Assembly (NCBI GenBank): GCA_049517155.1
Contig: JBEKSK010000002.1
Location: 1 to 39,165, forward strand
Direction of reading: 5' to 3'
Length of the DNA: 39,165 nucleotides
DNA from: Solirubrobacteraceae bacterium
GTDB lineage: Bacteria > Actinomycetota > Thermoleophilia > Solirubrobacterales > Solirubrobacteraceae
Shown: positions 8,875-18,183 of the stretch, piece after piece
Layout of the letters: each line of letters begins with the position of its first letter
Position numbering within the stretch: position 1 is the stretch's first letter
The notes under the pieces: generated by a model
What the model saw: the letters and a program-made list of their open reading frames with translations, nothing else
Told to the model about the DNA's origin: nothing
The model's database searches: none
Program-made: the position numbers and the translations under genes

Positions 8875-10998
8875 TCAGAGAGCGTAGTGGACCCTGGGAT
8901 GGGTGCGCAGGAACTCCCGCGCGCTGCGATAGGGATGGCGCAGCTCTTTCGCCTTGCCGCGGCAGTCGACCAGGTAGTTGCCGGTGCTGGTTATGCCCCC
9001 GGCCCAGGCGCTCGCCGGAACCTCGGGGCAGACCAGGCGCGCGGCGGTCGAGGCGCCGTTTCCCCCGCGCGTGGAGTAGATCCCCGAGACCAGCATGTAA
9101 CGGGCCCTGCCCTCCGCGACGAGTGTGGCGAGCTGATCGCCGGTGAGCGCCGGATCCGTCGTGTTGTAGCCGCCCTCGGCGGATGCCGCGAGGCCGAGCA
9201 GGATCAGTGGGGAGGCCTGATCGGCGGAAACGGTGAGGAGGGCGTAGGGCCGCGTTTCGCCCTCGCTGCGCAGGAACCTGATCAGCGCGAGATCGGCCGA
9301 CATGCCGGCGGCGGTGAGGCCGTATCCGCCGTGGCCCGGATAGCTGTATGGACCGGCGACCGGGAACGTTCCGCTGACCGGGGCCAGCCAGACGCTGAAG
9401 GAGTAGACCATCGGCGCGACCAGCAGCGCGCCCACGGCGACGCCATGCGCCCTGCCGGCCCGCGGGCGAACGGCCGCGATCGCGATCACCGCGACGACGC
9501 ACGCCACGACGAGCGGCACGCGCCACCACAGCGGATCGCCCTCACGCGCGATCAGCACGAGCTGCGCCGCAAGCGTGCCGGCGACCGCTGCCACCGCGAG
9601 CAGGTAGCCGCCCAGCGCCGTGCGCGTACGCTCGCTGCGCAGCAGCGAGCTGATCGCAAGCGCACCGCCCCCGGCCATCGCCGCGAGACCCGGACCCAGC
9701 GCCGAGGAGTAGTAGGGATGAACGATCCCAGCCGAGAAATCCAGTGCCAGAAGCTCAACCAGGAACCAGCCACCGAGCACGAACAGTCCCGCCAGGCGCC
9801 GGTCGCCGCTGCGCCCGCGCAGCACGAGGCCCAGACCGAGCATGCCGATCAGCGCGAGCGGCACAAGCCAGCCCGCCTGGCCGCCCAGTCCAACGCCAAA
9901 TATCCGTAGCGGGCCGCGCGGGCCGCCGAACGGAGTCGGCGAGATCGCGCGCCGGCGTCCCGTCGTGTGCGACACGGGCGTGGTGGGCACCACGACCGGC
10001 CGGTGCGTCGCGATGTAGTGGCGTTCGGAGGACGTCAGCGGGACGTTCACGCCGGGACGCACGAGCGGCCGCGTCTGGGCCCTCGTCAGATAAGTCTTGG
10101 TCGACCCGGGCCCGCCCTGCTGGCCCCCGACGCGCCCGAACCCGTTGTAGCCGAACTCCAGCTGAAACTCCGTGTTGGCGGAGGTGCTGCCGATGAATGG
10201 TCGCGCCGAGGCGGGGGTCAGGTCGACCGCCAGCGACCACGAGACAGCGACCGCGACAAACACCACCCCCGCCACCACGAGCTGCCAAAGCCGCCGCCGC
10301 CACGACCCCGGCGCACAGACCAAATAGCCAACCGCGATCCCCGGCACCACCAACAACGCCGCCAGCGACTTCGTATTGAACGCCAGCCCCACCAGCACCC
10401 CACACCACACAAGCGTCCGCAGCCGCCCCGAATCGATCGCCGCCAACCCCACACCACAAGCCGCAAGCATCAACAGAATCAGCAACGGATCAACCGCGTT
10501 CTCACGCGAAACCGCCACAAACGAGGGAAACACCGCCAACACAAACGCCGCCACCAACGCCGCCACCCGCCCAAACCGCGGCGCAACGATCCGATACAAC
10601 AACGCCACCGCCAACACCGCGCAGATCCCCTCCGGCACGATCAGGCTCAACGGCGCGAACCCGAACAGCTTCGCGCTCAACGCCTGCAACCACAACGCCA
10701 GCGGCGGCTTGTCAACCGTGATCAGACCATTTGGGTCGGCCGCGACGAAGAAGAAGTTGTGCCACGAGCGCAGCATCGACTTCACCGCCGCCGAGTAGTA
10801 CGTGTTCGCGTAGCCGTTCTGGCTCAGCTTCACGAACTCCAGAAGCCCGCTCAACACCAGGATCGCGGCGAGGCACAGACGCCCGACCCGCGGGCCGATC
10901 GCCTCAGCGGCGGCTGGGAGCAGCGGGGGCCGCGCCGGCTGGGCGGCTCGAGGAGAGGTCGTTGCCAAGATCTGAAGGAGGGGCTTGCGCCGGGGCAC
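8875..10998 (-). CDS. Glycosyltransferase family 39 (ArnT/PMT-like) polytopic membrane protein.
   Basis: NGYANTYYSAAVKSMLRSWHNFFFVAADPNGLITVDKPPLALWLQALSAKLFGF, then many TM segments and FGYNGFGRVGG. 707 aa. The stop lies 3 nt upstream of the next gene start. Confidence 0.8.
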   Translation of the reverse strand: MPRRKPLLQILATTSPRAAQPARPPLLPAAAEAIGPRVGRLCLAAILVLSGLLEFVKLSQNGYANTYYSAAVKSMLRSWHNFFFVAADPNGLITVDKPPLALWLQALSAKLFGFAPLSLIVPEGICAVLAVALLYRIVAPRFGRVAALVAAFVLAVFPSFVAVSRENAVDPLLILLMLAACGVGLAAIDSGRLRTLVWCGVLVGLAFNTKSLAALLVVPGIAVGYLVCAPGSWRRRLWQLVVAGVVFVAVAVSWSLAVDLTPASARPFIGSTSANTEFQLEFGYNGFGRVGGQQGGPGSTKTYLTRAQTRPLVRPGVNVPLTSSERHYIATHRPVVVPTTPVSHTTGRRRAISPTPFGGPRGPLRIFGVGLGGQAGWLVPLALIGMLGLGLVLRGRSGDRRLAGLFVLGGWFLVELLALDFSAGIVHPYYSSALGPGLAAMAGGGALAISSLLRSERTRTALGGYLLAVAAVAGTLAAQLVLIAREGDPLWWRVPLVVACVVAVIAIAAVRPRAGRAHGVAVGALLVAPMVYSFSVWLAPVSGTFPVAGPYSYPGHGGYGLTAAGMSADLALIRFLRSEGETRPYALLTVSADQASPLILLGLAASAEGGYNTTDPALTGDQLATLVAEGRARYMLVSGIYSTRGGNGASTAARLVCPEVPASAWAGGITSTGNYLVDCRGKAKELRHPYRSAREFLRTHPRVHYAL

Positions 10999-11116
10999 GC
11001 GCCGGGCGGCCCGCGCTGGCGTCAGAGGCTATCCACCTCACGCCGCGCCAAAGCTTAAGACCCGGTTAGCCGACGGTCGGGCCGAAGCGGCGACCGTGCA
11101 CCCGGATCGCCCGCAC

Positions 11117-11530
11117 TCAGCTTTCAGCGTCCTGAAAGCGGGCGACGCTGAAGCCGAGCAGGAGCGGGATGTCGACCGCGAACACCGCGAGCATCAGGCT
11201 CAGGATCAGGAGCTGGGTGCCGCGCGTATGGTCGTAGACGAAGACGTACTCGAGCATCCCGGCGATCACCAGGTAGGCCAGGAACACCCAGCCGCTGACG
11301 AGCCGGAACGCGCCCCAGGCAAAGTTGTCAATGCGCGCGAGTAGACCGATGTTGACCGCCAGCAGCACAGCGGCCGCTGCCAGCAGTGTGATCGCCGGCC
11401 CCTGCGGCACGTGGCGCGGCAGGTGGGCCGCGGTGTAGATGCCGCCGATCGCGATCAGTGCCAGAACCGCTATGGCGAGCTGCTGGATCGGTGGCAGCCG
11501 GCGCTCCTGCACTGGCGCGTGGGTCTCCAT
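11117..11530 (-). CDS. Hypothetical small integral membrane protein (about 4 TM).
   Basis: Four hydrophobic helices and coding-like composition. It begins 3 nt after the upstream gene stop. I recognise no family. Confidence 0.55.
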   Translation of the reverse strand: METHAPVQERRLPPIQQLAIAVLALIAIGGIYTAAHLPRHVPQGPAITLLAAAAVLLAVNIGLLARIDNFAWGAFRLVSGWVFLAYLVIAGMLEYVFVYDHTRGTQLLILSLMLAVFAVDIPLLLGFSVARFQDAES

Positions 11531-11533
11531 CGC

Positions 11534-12133
11534 TCAGCTGCTCGCAAGCTTGGTCATGATCACGAGCGTCGCAATCTGCATCAGACCGGTGATCCCGGCC
11601 GTGAAGATGAAGACCTTCATCAGACGGCCGATCCGGGCGCCATTGGGGTTTGGCTTGCGCAACTCGAACAGCACCGCGATGTTGGCCGGCTCGAGCAGCC
11701 CGAGCGCGATCGTCGCCATCACGCCGACGACGATGTAGGACGCCACGATCCACGGATGGTGTGGCGAATTGGGCGCGAGGTTGCCGAGCTTACGCGCCAG
11801 CTGGAACCCGGAGCCGAGCGTCATCGTCACGAGCGTCGGCATGATCAGCAGCATCTTCGGCATCACGCGGCTCGAGAACTCCATTCGCGCCGGGATCGAC
11901 ATCGTCCCGATGATCGGGCCAAGCACGAGACCGAAGAAGAGGTCGATACCGGTCCACAGTCCGCCGCCGGCGACGTGGTAGAAGTCAAGCGCCCACTGGC
12001 TGTTCGTGGCGATCGCGACGACCAGGCCGACAACGACGACCGCGACGACCGGCAGGCCCCGGACCGGCACTATCGCGAGCGAGCGCCGTGACGGGGCGAG
12101 GGTTGCGGGGAGGGGTTCGGCAACGCTGGCCAT
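11534..12133 (-). CDS. Hypothetical integral membrane protein (about 5 TM).
   Basis: The ORF runs 11534..12208. I prefer the ATG at 12133 (MASVAEPL...). Repeated hydrophobic helices (GLPVVAVVVVGLVVAIA, LWTGIDLFFGLVLGPIIG, MLLIMPTLVTMTLG, WIVASYIVVGVMATIALGLL, VFIFTAGITGLMQIATLVIM). Confidence 0.55.
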   Translation of the reverse strand: MASVAEPLPATLAPSRRSLAIVPVRGLPVVAVVVVGLVVAIATNSQWALDFYHVAGGGLWTGIDLFFGLVLGPIIGTMSIPARMEFSSRVMPKMLLIMPTLVTMTLGSGFQLARKLGNLAPNSPHHPWIVASYIVVGVMATIALGLLEPANIAVLFELRKPNPNGARIGRLMKVFIFTAGITGLMQIATLVIMTKLASS

Positions 12134-12213
12134 CGCTTTCGGCTCTCCTCGGTAGGCGTGTCGCGATCTACTCGCGCGAACACGCGAAAGATAGCTTGCG
12201 CTGAGCACTTTTC

Positions 12214-12225
12214 AAGCCATGGCTT
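12214..12225. promoter_or_regulatory. Perfect 12-bp palindrome in a divergent promoter region.
   Basis: AAGCCATGGCTT is its own reverse complement. It lies between the membrane-protein start (12133, minus) and the acyltransferase start (12261, plus). Confidence 0.3.
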
Positions 12226-12260
12226 AGCACCGTTCGCGACGCGTTGCGCATACTTGGCGG

Positions 12261-14144
12261 ATGCGACCGCAAAGCCCGCCCCAGGCGCCGGCACCGGCGC
12301 CGCGGCTGCGCCGCATGCCGGGGATAGACGGCCTGCGCGCCGTCGCGGTCGCCGCGGTTTTCCTTTACCACGCAGGCGTCTCCTGGATGCCTGGCGGCTT
12401 CCTCGGCGTCGATGTGTTCTTCGTGATCAGCGGTTATCTCATCACCTCGCTGCTGATCGCCGAATTCGACCACAGCGGCCGCATCGCACTGGCCCGATTC
12501 TGGGCCGGCCGGGCTCGGCGCCTGTTGCCCGCGCTGTTCGTGCTGCTCGCCGTCTGCCTGCTGATCGGTGCGACGCTGCAGCGCGGCAAGCTCGTCGGAC
12601 TGCGCGGCGACGCGCTGGCTTCGATCTTCTACGTCGCGAATTGGCGCTTCATCTTCGAGCACGAAAGCTATTTCGCCCAGTTCGGACGCCCCGGACTGCT
12701 GAGGCACCTGTGGTCGCTGGCCGTCGAGGAGCAGTTCTACCTGGTGTGGCCCCCCCTGTTCCTGCTTGCGATGAAGCTGCGCGGCCGCCGATCGTTGCCC
12801 GCGCTCGTCGCGATCGGCGCCGTCGGCTCGACGGCGCTGATGTGGGCGCTTTACGTACCGGGCTCAGACACCTCGAGGATCTTCTATGGCACCGACACGC
12901 GCGCTGCGCCGCTGCTCGTCGGGGTGCTGCTGGCGTTCGCCTGGAAGCCGTCGGCGATGCCGGCTTGGTCGAGCCCGAAGGCGCGGCGAAGACTCGACGC
13001 CGTCTCGCTGGTGGCGCTTGCCGCTGTCATCTATGAGTTCGCCGCGGTGCACGACTACGACCAGGGCCTCTACCGAGGTGGCTTCCTCGTCCTCGCGCTG
13101 TGCGCCGCCGTCATGCTGGCGACGGTCGCGCACCCGGCGGGCCTGCTCGGGCGCCAGCTCGGCCGGGCCGTCCCCCGCTGGATCGGCGAACGCAGCTACG
13201 GGATCTACCTGTGGCACTGGCCGATCCTGGTGTTCACCCGGCCGGGCATCGACGTGCACCTCGCTCGCGGCGTGTTGATCCCGGCCCAGGCCGCGGGCAC
13301 CGTCGTGGCGGCCGCCGTCTCCTACCGCTACATCGAGCTTCCGGTCCGCACCGGCGCGCTGCGCCGCCTGCGTCCGCGCTGGCCCCGGATTCTCAAACAG
13401 CCACGCACCCCGTTCGCCTTCGCAGCCGCCGCGGTGTCCGTGCTGCTGGCGCTTGTCGCACTGACCCCGCAGGGCATCGCCGCGCTGCCGCCAGGCTTCT
13501 CGCGGGCGGCGCTTTCAAGCTCCGCGCTGGCCGCCAAGCAGCTCGTGCTGCCCGCGCACTCCGGTCACGTCCCGGCGGTGACGCCGCCTTCCCGCGGCTC
13601 GGGCAAGCACCCCAAGCCGCAGAGCAAGCGCCACCAGCCCGTCGCGCCGATCCCTCGCTCCGGTCCGATCCTCGCCGTCGGGGACTCGGTGATGCTCGGT
13701 GCGTCAGCCGCGCTGGAGTCGGCGCTCGGTTCGCAACTGCACATCGACGCCGTCGTGTCGCGTCAACCCGAGCAGACGATTGCTCGCCTGTTCGCCTACC
13801 GCGCGGCGGGCTCCCTGCCACGCCGGGTGATCGTTCACATCGGCGACAACGGGCCGGTCTACTACGCCGACGTCCAGCGCCTGAAGCAGGCTCTCGCCGG
13901 TGTCCCCCTGGTCGTCATCGTCAACGTCAGGGTGAACACCAGCTGGCAGGGCGAGGTGAACAGCGAGCTGGCGCAGGCCGTCCAGGGCTGGCACGAAGCG
14001 ACGATCGCCGACTGGTATGACGCCAGCGCCGCCGCCGGATCGCTGGCCGACGGCACCCACACCACCCCGGCCGGCGCGAAGCTGTTCGCCGGCGTGATCG
14101 CCCGCGCAGTGCACGATCCGCACCTCGGCGGCGTGACACACTGA
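12261..14144 (+). CDS. Acyltransferase family 3 (OafA/YrhL-type) membrane protein with a C-terminal SGNH/GDSL-like extracytoplasmic domain.
   Basis: IDGLRAVAVAAVFLYHAGVSWMPGGFLGVDVFFVISGYLITSLL and WSLAVEEQFYLVWP are acyltransferase_3 hallmarks. About 10 TM segments. C-terminal ILAVGDSVMLGA...HIGDNG...DGTHTT resembles SGNH blocks. Confidence 0.85.
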   Translation: MRPQSPPQAPAPAPRLRRMPGIDGLRAVAVAAVFLYHAGVSWMPGGFLGVDVFFVISGYLITSLLIAEFDHSGRIALARFWAGRARRLLPALFVLLAVCLLIGATLQRGKLVGLRGDALASIFYVANWRFIFEHESYFAQFGRPGLLRHLWSLAVEEQFYLVWPPLFLLAMKLRGRRSLPALVAIGAVGSTALMWALYVPGSDTSRIFYGTDTRAAPLLVGVLLAFAWKPSAMPAWSSPKARRRLDAVSLVALAAVIYEFAAVHDYDQGLYRGGFLVLALCAAVMLATVAHPAGLLGRQLGRAVPRWIGERSYGIYLWHWPILVFTRPGIDVHLARGVLIPAQAAGTVVAAAVSYRYIELPVRTGALRRLRPRWPRILKQPRTPFAFAAAAVSVLLALVALTPQGIAALPPGFSRAALSSSALAAKQLVLPAHSGHVPAVTPPSRGSGKHPKPQSKRHQPVAPIPRSGPILAVGDSVMLGASAALESALGSQLHIDAVVSRQPEQTIARLFAYRAAGSLPRRVIVHIGDNGPVYYADVQRLKQALAGVPLVVIVNVRVNTSWQGEVNSELAQAVQGWHEATIADWYDASAAAGSLADGTHTTPAGAKLFAGVIARAVHDPHLGGVTH

Positions 14145-14156
14145 GCGCCCGCTCCA

Positions 14157-14181
14157 GGCGCCGATCGCTGCCCGCGGCGCC
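14157..14181. terminator. Hairpin between convergent genes (7-bp GC stem, 11-nt loop).
   Basis: GGCGCCG-ATCGCTGCCCG-CGGCGCC, sitting between the stops at 14144 (+) and 14181 (-). No U-tract. Confidence 0.3.
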
Positions 14182-15221
14182 TAACCAGGCGCCGCAATCA
14201 GCAGATAAACCCTGGCCGGTGGCGTGGGTGCGAAGGTGAACACCGACCACAGGCGGTCCTCATAGCTGACCGTTCCGTGGCTTGGCAGCGTGATCGGGCC
14301 GGGCCCACCGCTGGCGGCGATCACTCGTTCTCCGATTCGCACGACCACGACCGCCCCGGTCTCCGAATTGACCACCTGGACGAAGTTGGGGTAGTTGGCC
14401 GCCAGCGGATGGAAGCGCAGCGCGAGACGCTCCGCCACCCGCCCGATCTCGCTGACGTCAACCGCCGCGCAGCTCTCGGCGGCCAGCGCCGCCGAGGGAG
14501 CCGGCACGGCGATCACGGCGTCGAGCGTGCCGCTCGGGAAGGCATCGTAGGTGACCGTCTCGGACGCGTAGAGGACGCCGCCGAGCGTCAGCGAAGCGCC
14601 GGACGGCTCCGTTTTCGGGAATGACGCACCGAGCTGCGCCACCCGAGCGCCGCCGACATAGATGCCGATCGGATTGCCGAGGGCTCGCGACTCGAGCTTG
14701 GTGAAGCCGACGTCGTCCTGGACCGACATCACGAAGGTGCCGATCTGCGCGCCGGTCACGGAGCGTAGAACGCCGTCAACGGGTGCGATCACATACGGGC
14801 CGCCGACATCCGCCAGCAACCGGCCGGCGGCGTCGTAAACGCGCAGGCGCACGATGTGCCAGAAGTGGTGGTAGACGATCCTCGCCACGGCCTTCGCGGT
14901 CTCGGCGACGTTGTCGGCCCCGACGGCGGCGATCAGGTCCGGCGCCGTCGTGATGTGGCCGAGGTCGGTCCGCGTCTCGGTGCCCCCCATCTCGCCGCGG
15001 TAGATGTTGTTCGCCACCATCGCGTCGATCGCGGCCAGCGTCGAGGTGGTCGATCCGGCGCACGCAACAGCCACCTGCGCCGACGCGGCGGGCGCGGCGG
15101 CGCCGGCGAGCGCGGCCGCCGCCATCAGCCCACACAGGGTCGTGAGCCGCCAGGGGCCACCAGTCGAGCGAAACACGCCGCTATTTTCCCCCTTCCGCGA
15201 TCCGGCGTGCGCCGTCCTCAC
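14181..15221 (-). CDS. Secreted hypothetical protein with a signal peptide.
   Basis: N-terminal LTTLCGLMAAAALAGAAAPAASAQV is signal-peptide-like. The rest is soluble and beta-rich, and I recognise no family. It starts 4 nt after the GT39/PMT-like gene stop. Confidence 0.6.
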   Translation of the reverse strand: MRTAHAGSRKGENSGVFRSTGGPWRLTTLCGLMAAAALAGAAAPAASAQVAVACAGSTTSTLAAIDAMVANNIYRGEMGGTETRTDLGHITTAPDLIAAVGADNVAETAKAVARIVYHHFWHIVRLRVYDAAGRLLADVGGPYVIAPVDGVLRSVTGAQIGTFVMSVQDDVGFTKLESRALGNPIGIYVGGARVAQLGASFPKTEPSGASLTLGGVLYASETVTYDAFPSGTLDAVIAVPAPSAALAAESCAAVDVSEIGRVAERLALRFHPLAANYPNFVQVVNSETGAVVVVRIGERVIAASGGPGPITLPSHGTVSYEDRLWSVFTFAPTPPARVYLLIAAPG

Positions 15222-15225
15222 GCGG

Positions 15226-16521
15226 TCAGAGACTGAACGCCGGAAAAGCGAGGAACGGGTAGGTCAGCACGGCGGCAGCGAGCACCAGCACGAGCCAGCC
15301 GCCCAGCAGCCAGCGCGGCATCCAGGAGCTCGAGAAGGCGCGCGCGAGGGCGAGGTAGATCCCCGGCATCACGATCACCATGTAGTACAGATAGCTCGTC
15401 CGCTGCCAGAACAGGCTGAGCGCCACGAACGGCAGCCAGGTGCCCAGGAACCACGCGACCGCCACGATGTCGACGTCCGGGCCGCCGCGCCAGGCGCAGC
15501 GCAGCGCGAGCACCAGCGCGGGGATGGCGAACAGCAGCATCGGCGGGCTGATGAAGCCGAGGAAGTGGACCGTCCAGGTGCGCGCGCTGCCGGAGCTGAC
15601 CGTCACAGTGAGGTAATTGATCGGCTTCAGGTCGATCAGCCAGTCCCACGGATAGGAGGCGATGCCCTTGGGGCCGTTGGGGCTCGTCTGCCCGGCCGCG
15701 TAGCTCAGCATCCGTGCCGTGTGGGCGAACGGCCCGCCCGTGATCGTCTGCCCGGTCTGGGGGTCGTAGGGCGGCGCGATGCGGTCGAATATCGCCAGCA
15801 CCCCGAGGTAAACCGCGGTCGCGACCGCGGCGAAGATGCCGAACGCGCGTGCCGCCGCTCGCAGGCCGGCGCGGCGGTGGCGAAACAGCTCGACCAGTAG
15901 CAGCACCGCAAGCAGGTAGGGAGCCACAAGCTTTGCGGTCGCCCCCAGCCCGAGCGCCACCCCGCCGGCAAGCTGACGTCCGCGTAAGTACAGCGCAGCC
16001 GCCCAGATCATGAAGGCGACGACGTAGATGTCGAGCGTGCCGATTCGTCCGGCAACCAGCAGGAGGTTGTCGGAGGCCATCAGCGTGGCGGCGAGCAGCG
16101 AACACCACTCGCCGGCGCCGCTTGAGCGCGCCAGCGCGAACATCCCGAGGATCGCCAGCGATCCGAACAGCACACTCCCAATCCGCCAAGCGAACGGGCC
16201 GTCGCCAAACAGCTCGATCGCGCCCGCGATCACGAGCTTGGCGAGCTGCGGGTGCTCGGAGTTCGGATCCTGCCCGGCGGGATCGCCGGCGTAGTTCTGC
16301 CCGGCCGGGACCGCGATGCCGTCGATCCGCCGAGCTGCGTTTACATAGTAGGCCTCGTCGAAGATCAGTCCGTGCGCGGCCGGGCCACGGCACGGGTCCG
16401 AACACGGATCACTGAGCCACGCGACTCGGACCGCAAACGAGACCACAGATACCAGCACGAGCCCCGCGATCGGCATCCAGGGTGCCCGCAGGACGCCGCG
16501 GAGTCGATCGCCTCGCCGCAT
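15226..16521 (-). CDS. GT39/PMT_2-type phospholipid-carrier-dependent glycosyltransferase.
   Basis: FDEAYYVNAARRI (DE-motif loop 1), EHPQLAKLVIAGAIELFGDGPFAWRIGSVLFGSLAILGMFALAR, and many TM segments. 431 aa. Confidence 0.75.
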   Translation of the reverse strand: MRRGDRLRGVLRAPWMPIAGLVLVSVVSFAVRVAWLSDPCSDPCRGPAAHGLIFDEAYYVNAARRIDGIAVPAGQNYAGDPAGQDPNSEHPQLAKLVIAGAIELFGDGPFAWRIGSVLFGSLAILGMFALARSSGAGEWCSLLAATLMASDNLLLVAGRIGTLDIYVVAFMIWAAALYLRGRQLAGGVALGLGATAKLVAPYLLAVLLLVELFRHRRAGLRAAARAFGIFAAVATAVYLGVLAIFDRIAPPYDPQTGQTITGGPFAHTARMLSYAAGQTSPNGPKGIASYPWDWLIDLKPINYLTVTVSSGSARTWTVHFLGFISPPMLLFAIPALVLALRCAWRGGPDVDIVAVAWFLGTWLPFVALSLFWQRTSYLYYMVIVMPGIYLALARAFSSSWMPRWLLGGWLVLVLAAAVLTYPFLAFPAFSL

Positions 16522-16595
16522 GTCGGCGCGACGCTACCGAACTGCCGCCGACCGAGGGGAGCGAAACGCCCGCGTCACCCCGGTCGGCGCGGATC

Positions 16596-17084
16596 TCAGC
16601 GCTGCGCGGCGATCATCCAGCGCTGCTTTTCGAGCAGGCCGACCGTCGCAATCATCAAATCCTCGGTGACAGTGTCGTACTCGGCCGCCTGTTCCATCCG
16701 CTCGCGCGCGCCGGTGATCGTCTCGTCGAGCGCCGCGATCAGCGTCGTGATCACGGCGTCGGTGCGAAGTTCGCCGGGCGCGACTTCGGCGAGGCGGCTC
16801 TGTGTGCCAACCGTGCGCGCCTGACCGTCGGGGGCGACTCCGAGTGCCCGGCCGCGTTCCGCGGTCTCATCGGCCCGCGCCTGCCACTCCTCGACGAGTA
16901 CATCGAGATGCTCGTGCAGCGCCTGGAACTCGGGCCCGGTGAGGTTCCAGTGCAGGTGCTTGCCGAGCAGCGCGAGTTCGATCAGATCGATCAGCTCGCG
17001 CTGCAAGAGGCTACCCAGCGCCGCCCGCTCCTCGTGGCGCAGCGTCGGGTGGCCGTCGGTGACGATCAGGTGGTTCGCGGTCAT
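16596..17084 (-). CDS. dps: Dps family DNA-protection/ferritin-like protein.
   Basis: LQRELIDLIELALLGKHLHWNLTGPEFQALHEHLDVLVEEWQARADETAERGRALG matches the Dps ferroxidase-site region. An AAGGA RBS lies about 6 nt upstream of the ATG. Confidence 0.85.
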   Translation of the reverse strand: MTANHLIVTDGHPTLRHEERAALGSLLQRELIDLIELALLGKHLHWNLTGPEFQALHEHLDVLVEEWQARADETAERGRALGVAPDGQARTVGTQSRLAEVAPGELRTDAVITTLIAALDETITGARERMEQAAEYDTVTEDLMIATVGLLEKQRWMIAAQR

Positions 17085-17197
17085 GCCGAGTCCTTTTTAG
17101 CGGTCGTGAAGATGCTCCCCCCTCAGGTTAGCGATGCCCCGCACCGGCCCGTCCGGGGGCGCCGTCGCGCGACCCCGTCAACCTCCCCGCCTGGTGC

Positions 17198-18172
17198 TCA
17201 GTGGCGCTCGAGCATCTGCAGGAACCCGTCCTGCGTGTGCCGGCCGGGCGGCTCCCCCGCGCGTGCGTCCGCCACGGCGAGCCGGCGCAGAAGTTCGTTG
17301 ACGGGCGTCGCCACGTCGTGCAGCCGGCCCAGCAGGACGACTTCGCCGTTCAGCTGGTCGGCCTCGATCACTCCGCTGCGACGCGCGAGGCTCTGCCACG
17401 AGGAGCCGCCGCCGCGGGGTGCTCCGGCGACCGGCCGCAGTGTGATCAGGCGCTTGAAGCGCTGCTCGTAGATCTCGTCGCCAACGTAGTCGATTCCCGC
17501 AGCCCCGAGCACAGCCACAGCCTCCGCCAGCGCACGACGCTGGACCTCCGGAGCACCCCGATCGTGGTCGAACAGCGCGTCAACGGCGTTCGCGACGTTG
17601 CGCAGGAACTTCGCGTATTTCCAGCGCGACACGTCCTCGCGCGCCTCGGATGCAAAGCCCGAGCTCTCGAACGCGGCGGCGATCTCGCCCGCCCGCCGAC
17701 CCGGCCCATCGGGGTAGCGGCCGATGTCCAGCGCGCCGGTCACCGGCGCGGAATGGGCCACAACCACGCCGGGAACCAGATGCGTCGCGGGCAGCTGAAC
17801 GACCACGGAGTAGACCTCGGCGAAGCGGCGCAAGGCGAGGCGCTCGTTCTCGACGCCGTTCTGTGCGCACGCCACCGCGACGTCGGGCCCGGCCGCGGCC
17901 TCCAGGCGCTCGAGCGCGGCCGCCGTGTCCTGACCCTTCATCGTGAGCAGGACCACGTCGTCGGCGCGCCAGTCCAGCTCCTCGGGACCGCCGGCCACTG
18001 CGACCGGGACCACGAGCACGCCGTCGGGAAGCTCGAGGCGCAACCCGTCGCGCTCAATCGCCTCGCGATGGGCGCCGCGCGCGATCAGCACAACGTCGTG
18101 GCCGTGCTCGAACAGGCGGCTGCCGATCACCCCTCCGACCGCCCCTGCGCCGTACACGACGAAGCGCGCCAC
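17198..18172 (-). CDS. panE: 2-dehydropantoate 2-reductase (ApbA/PanE family) oxidoreductase.
   Basis: N-terminal Rossmann motif FVVYGAGAVGGVIGSRLFEHGHDVVLIARG, plus overall length and layout of the ketopantoate reductase family. Confidence 0.6.
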   Translation of the reverse strand: MARFVVYGAGAVGGVIGSRLFEHGHDVVLIARGAHREAIERDGLRLELPDGVLVVPVAVAGGPEELDWRADDVVLLTMKGQDTAAALERLEAAAGPDVAVACAQNGVENERLALRRFAEVYSVVVQLPATHLVPGVVVAHSAPVTGALDIGRYPDGPGRRAGEIAAAFESSGFASEAREDVSRWKYAKFLRNVANAVDALFDHDRGAPEVQRRALAEAVAVLGAAGIDYVGDEIYEQRFKRLITLRPVAGAPRGGGSSWQSLARRSGVIEADQLNGEVVLLGRLHDVATPVNELLRRLAVADARAGEPPGRHTQDGFLQMLERH

Positions 18173-18183
18173 CGCCTAACCGC

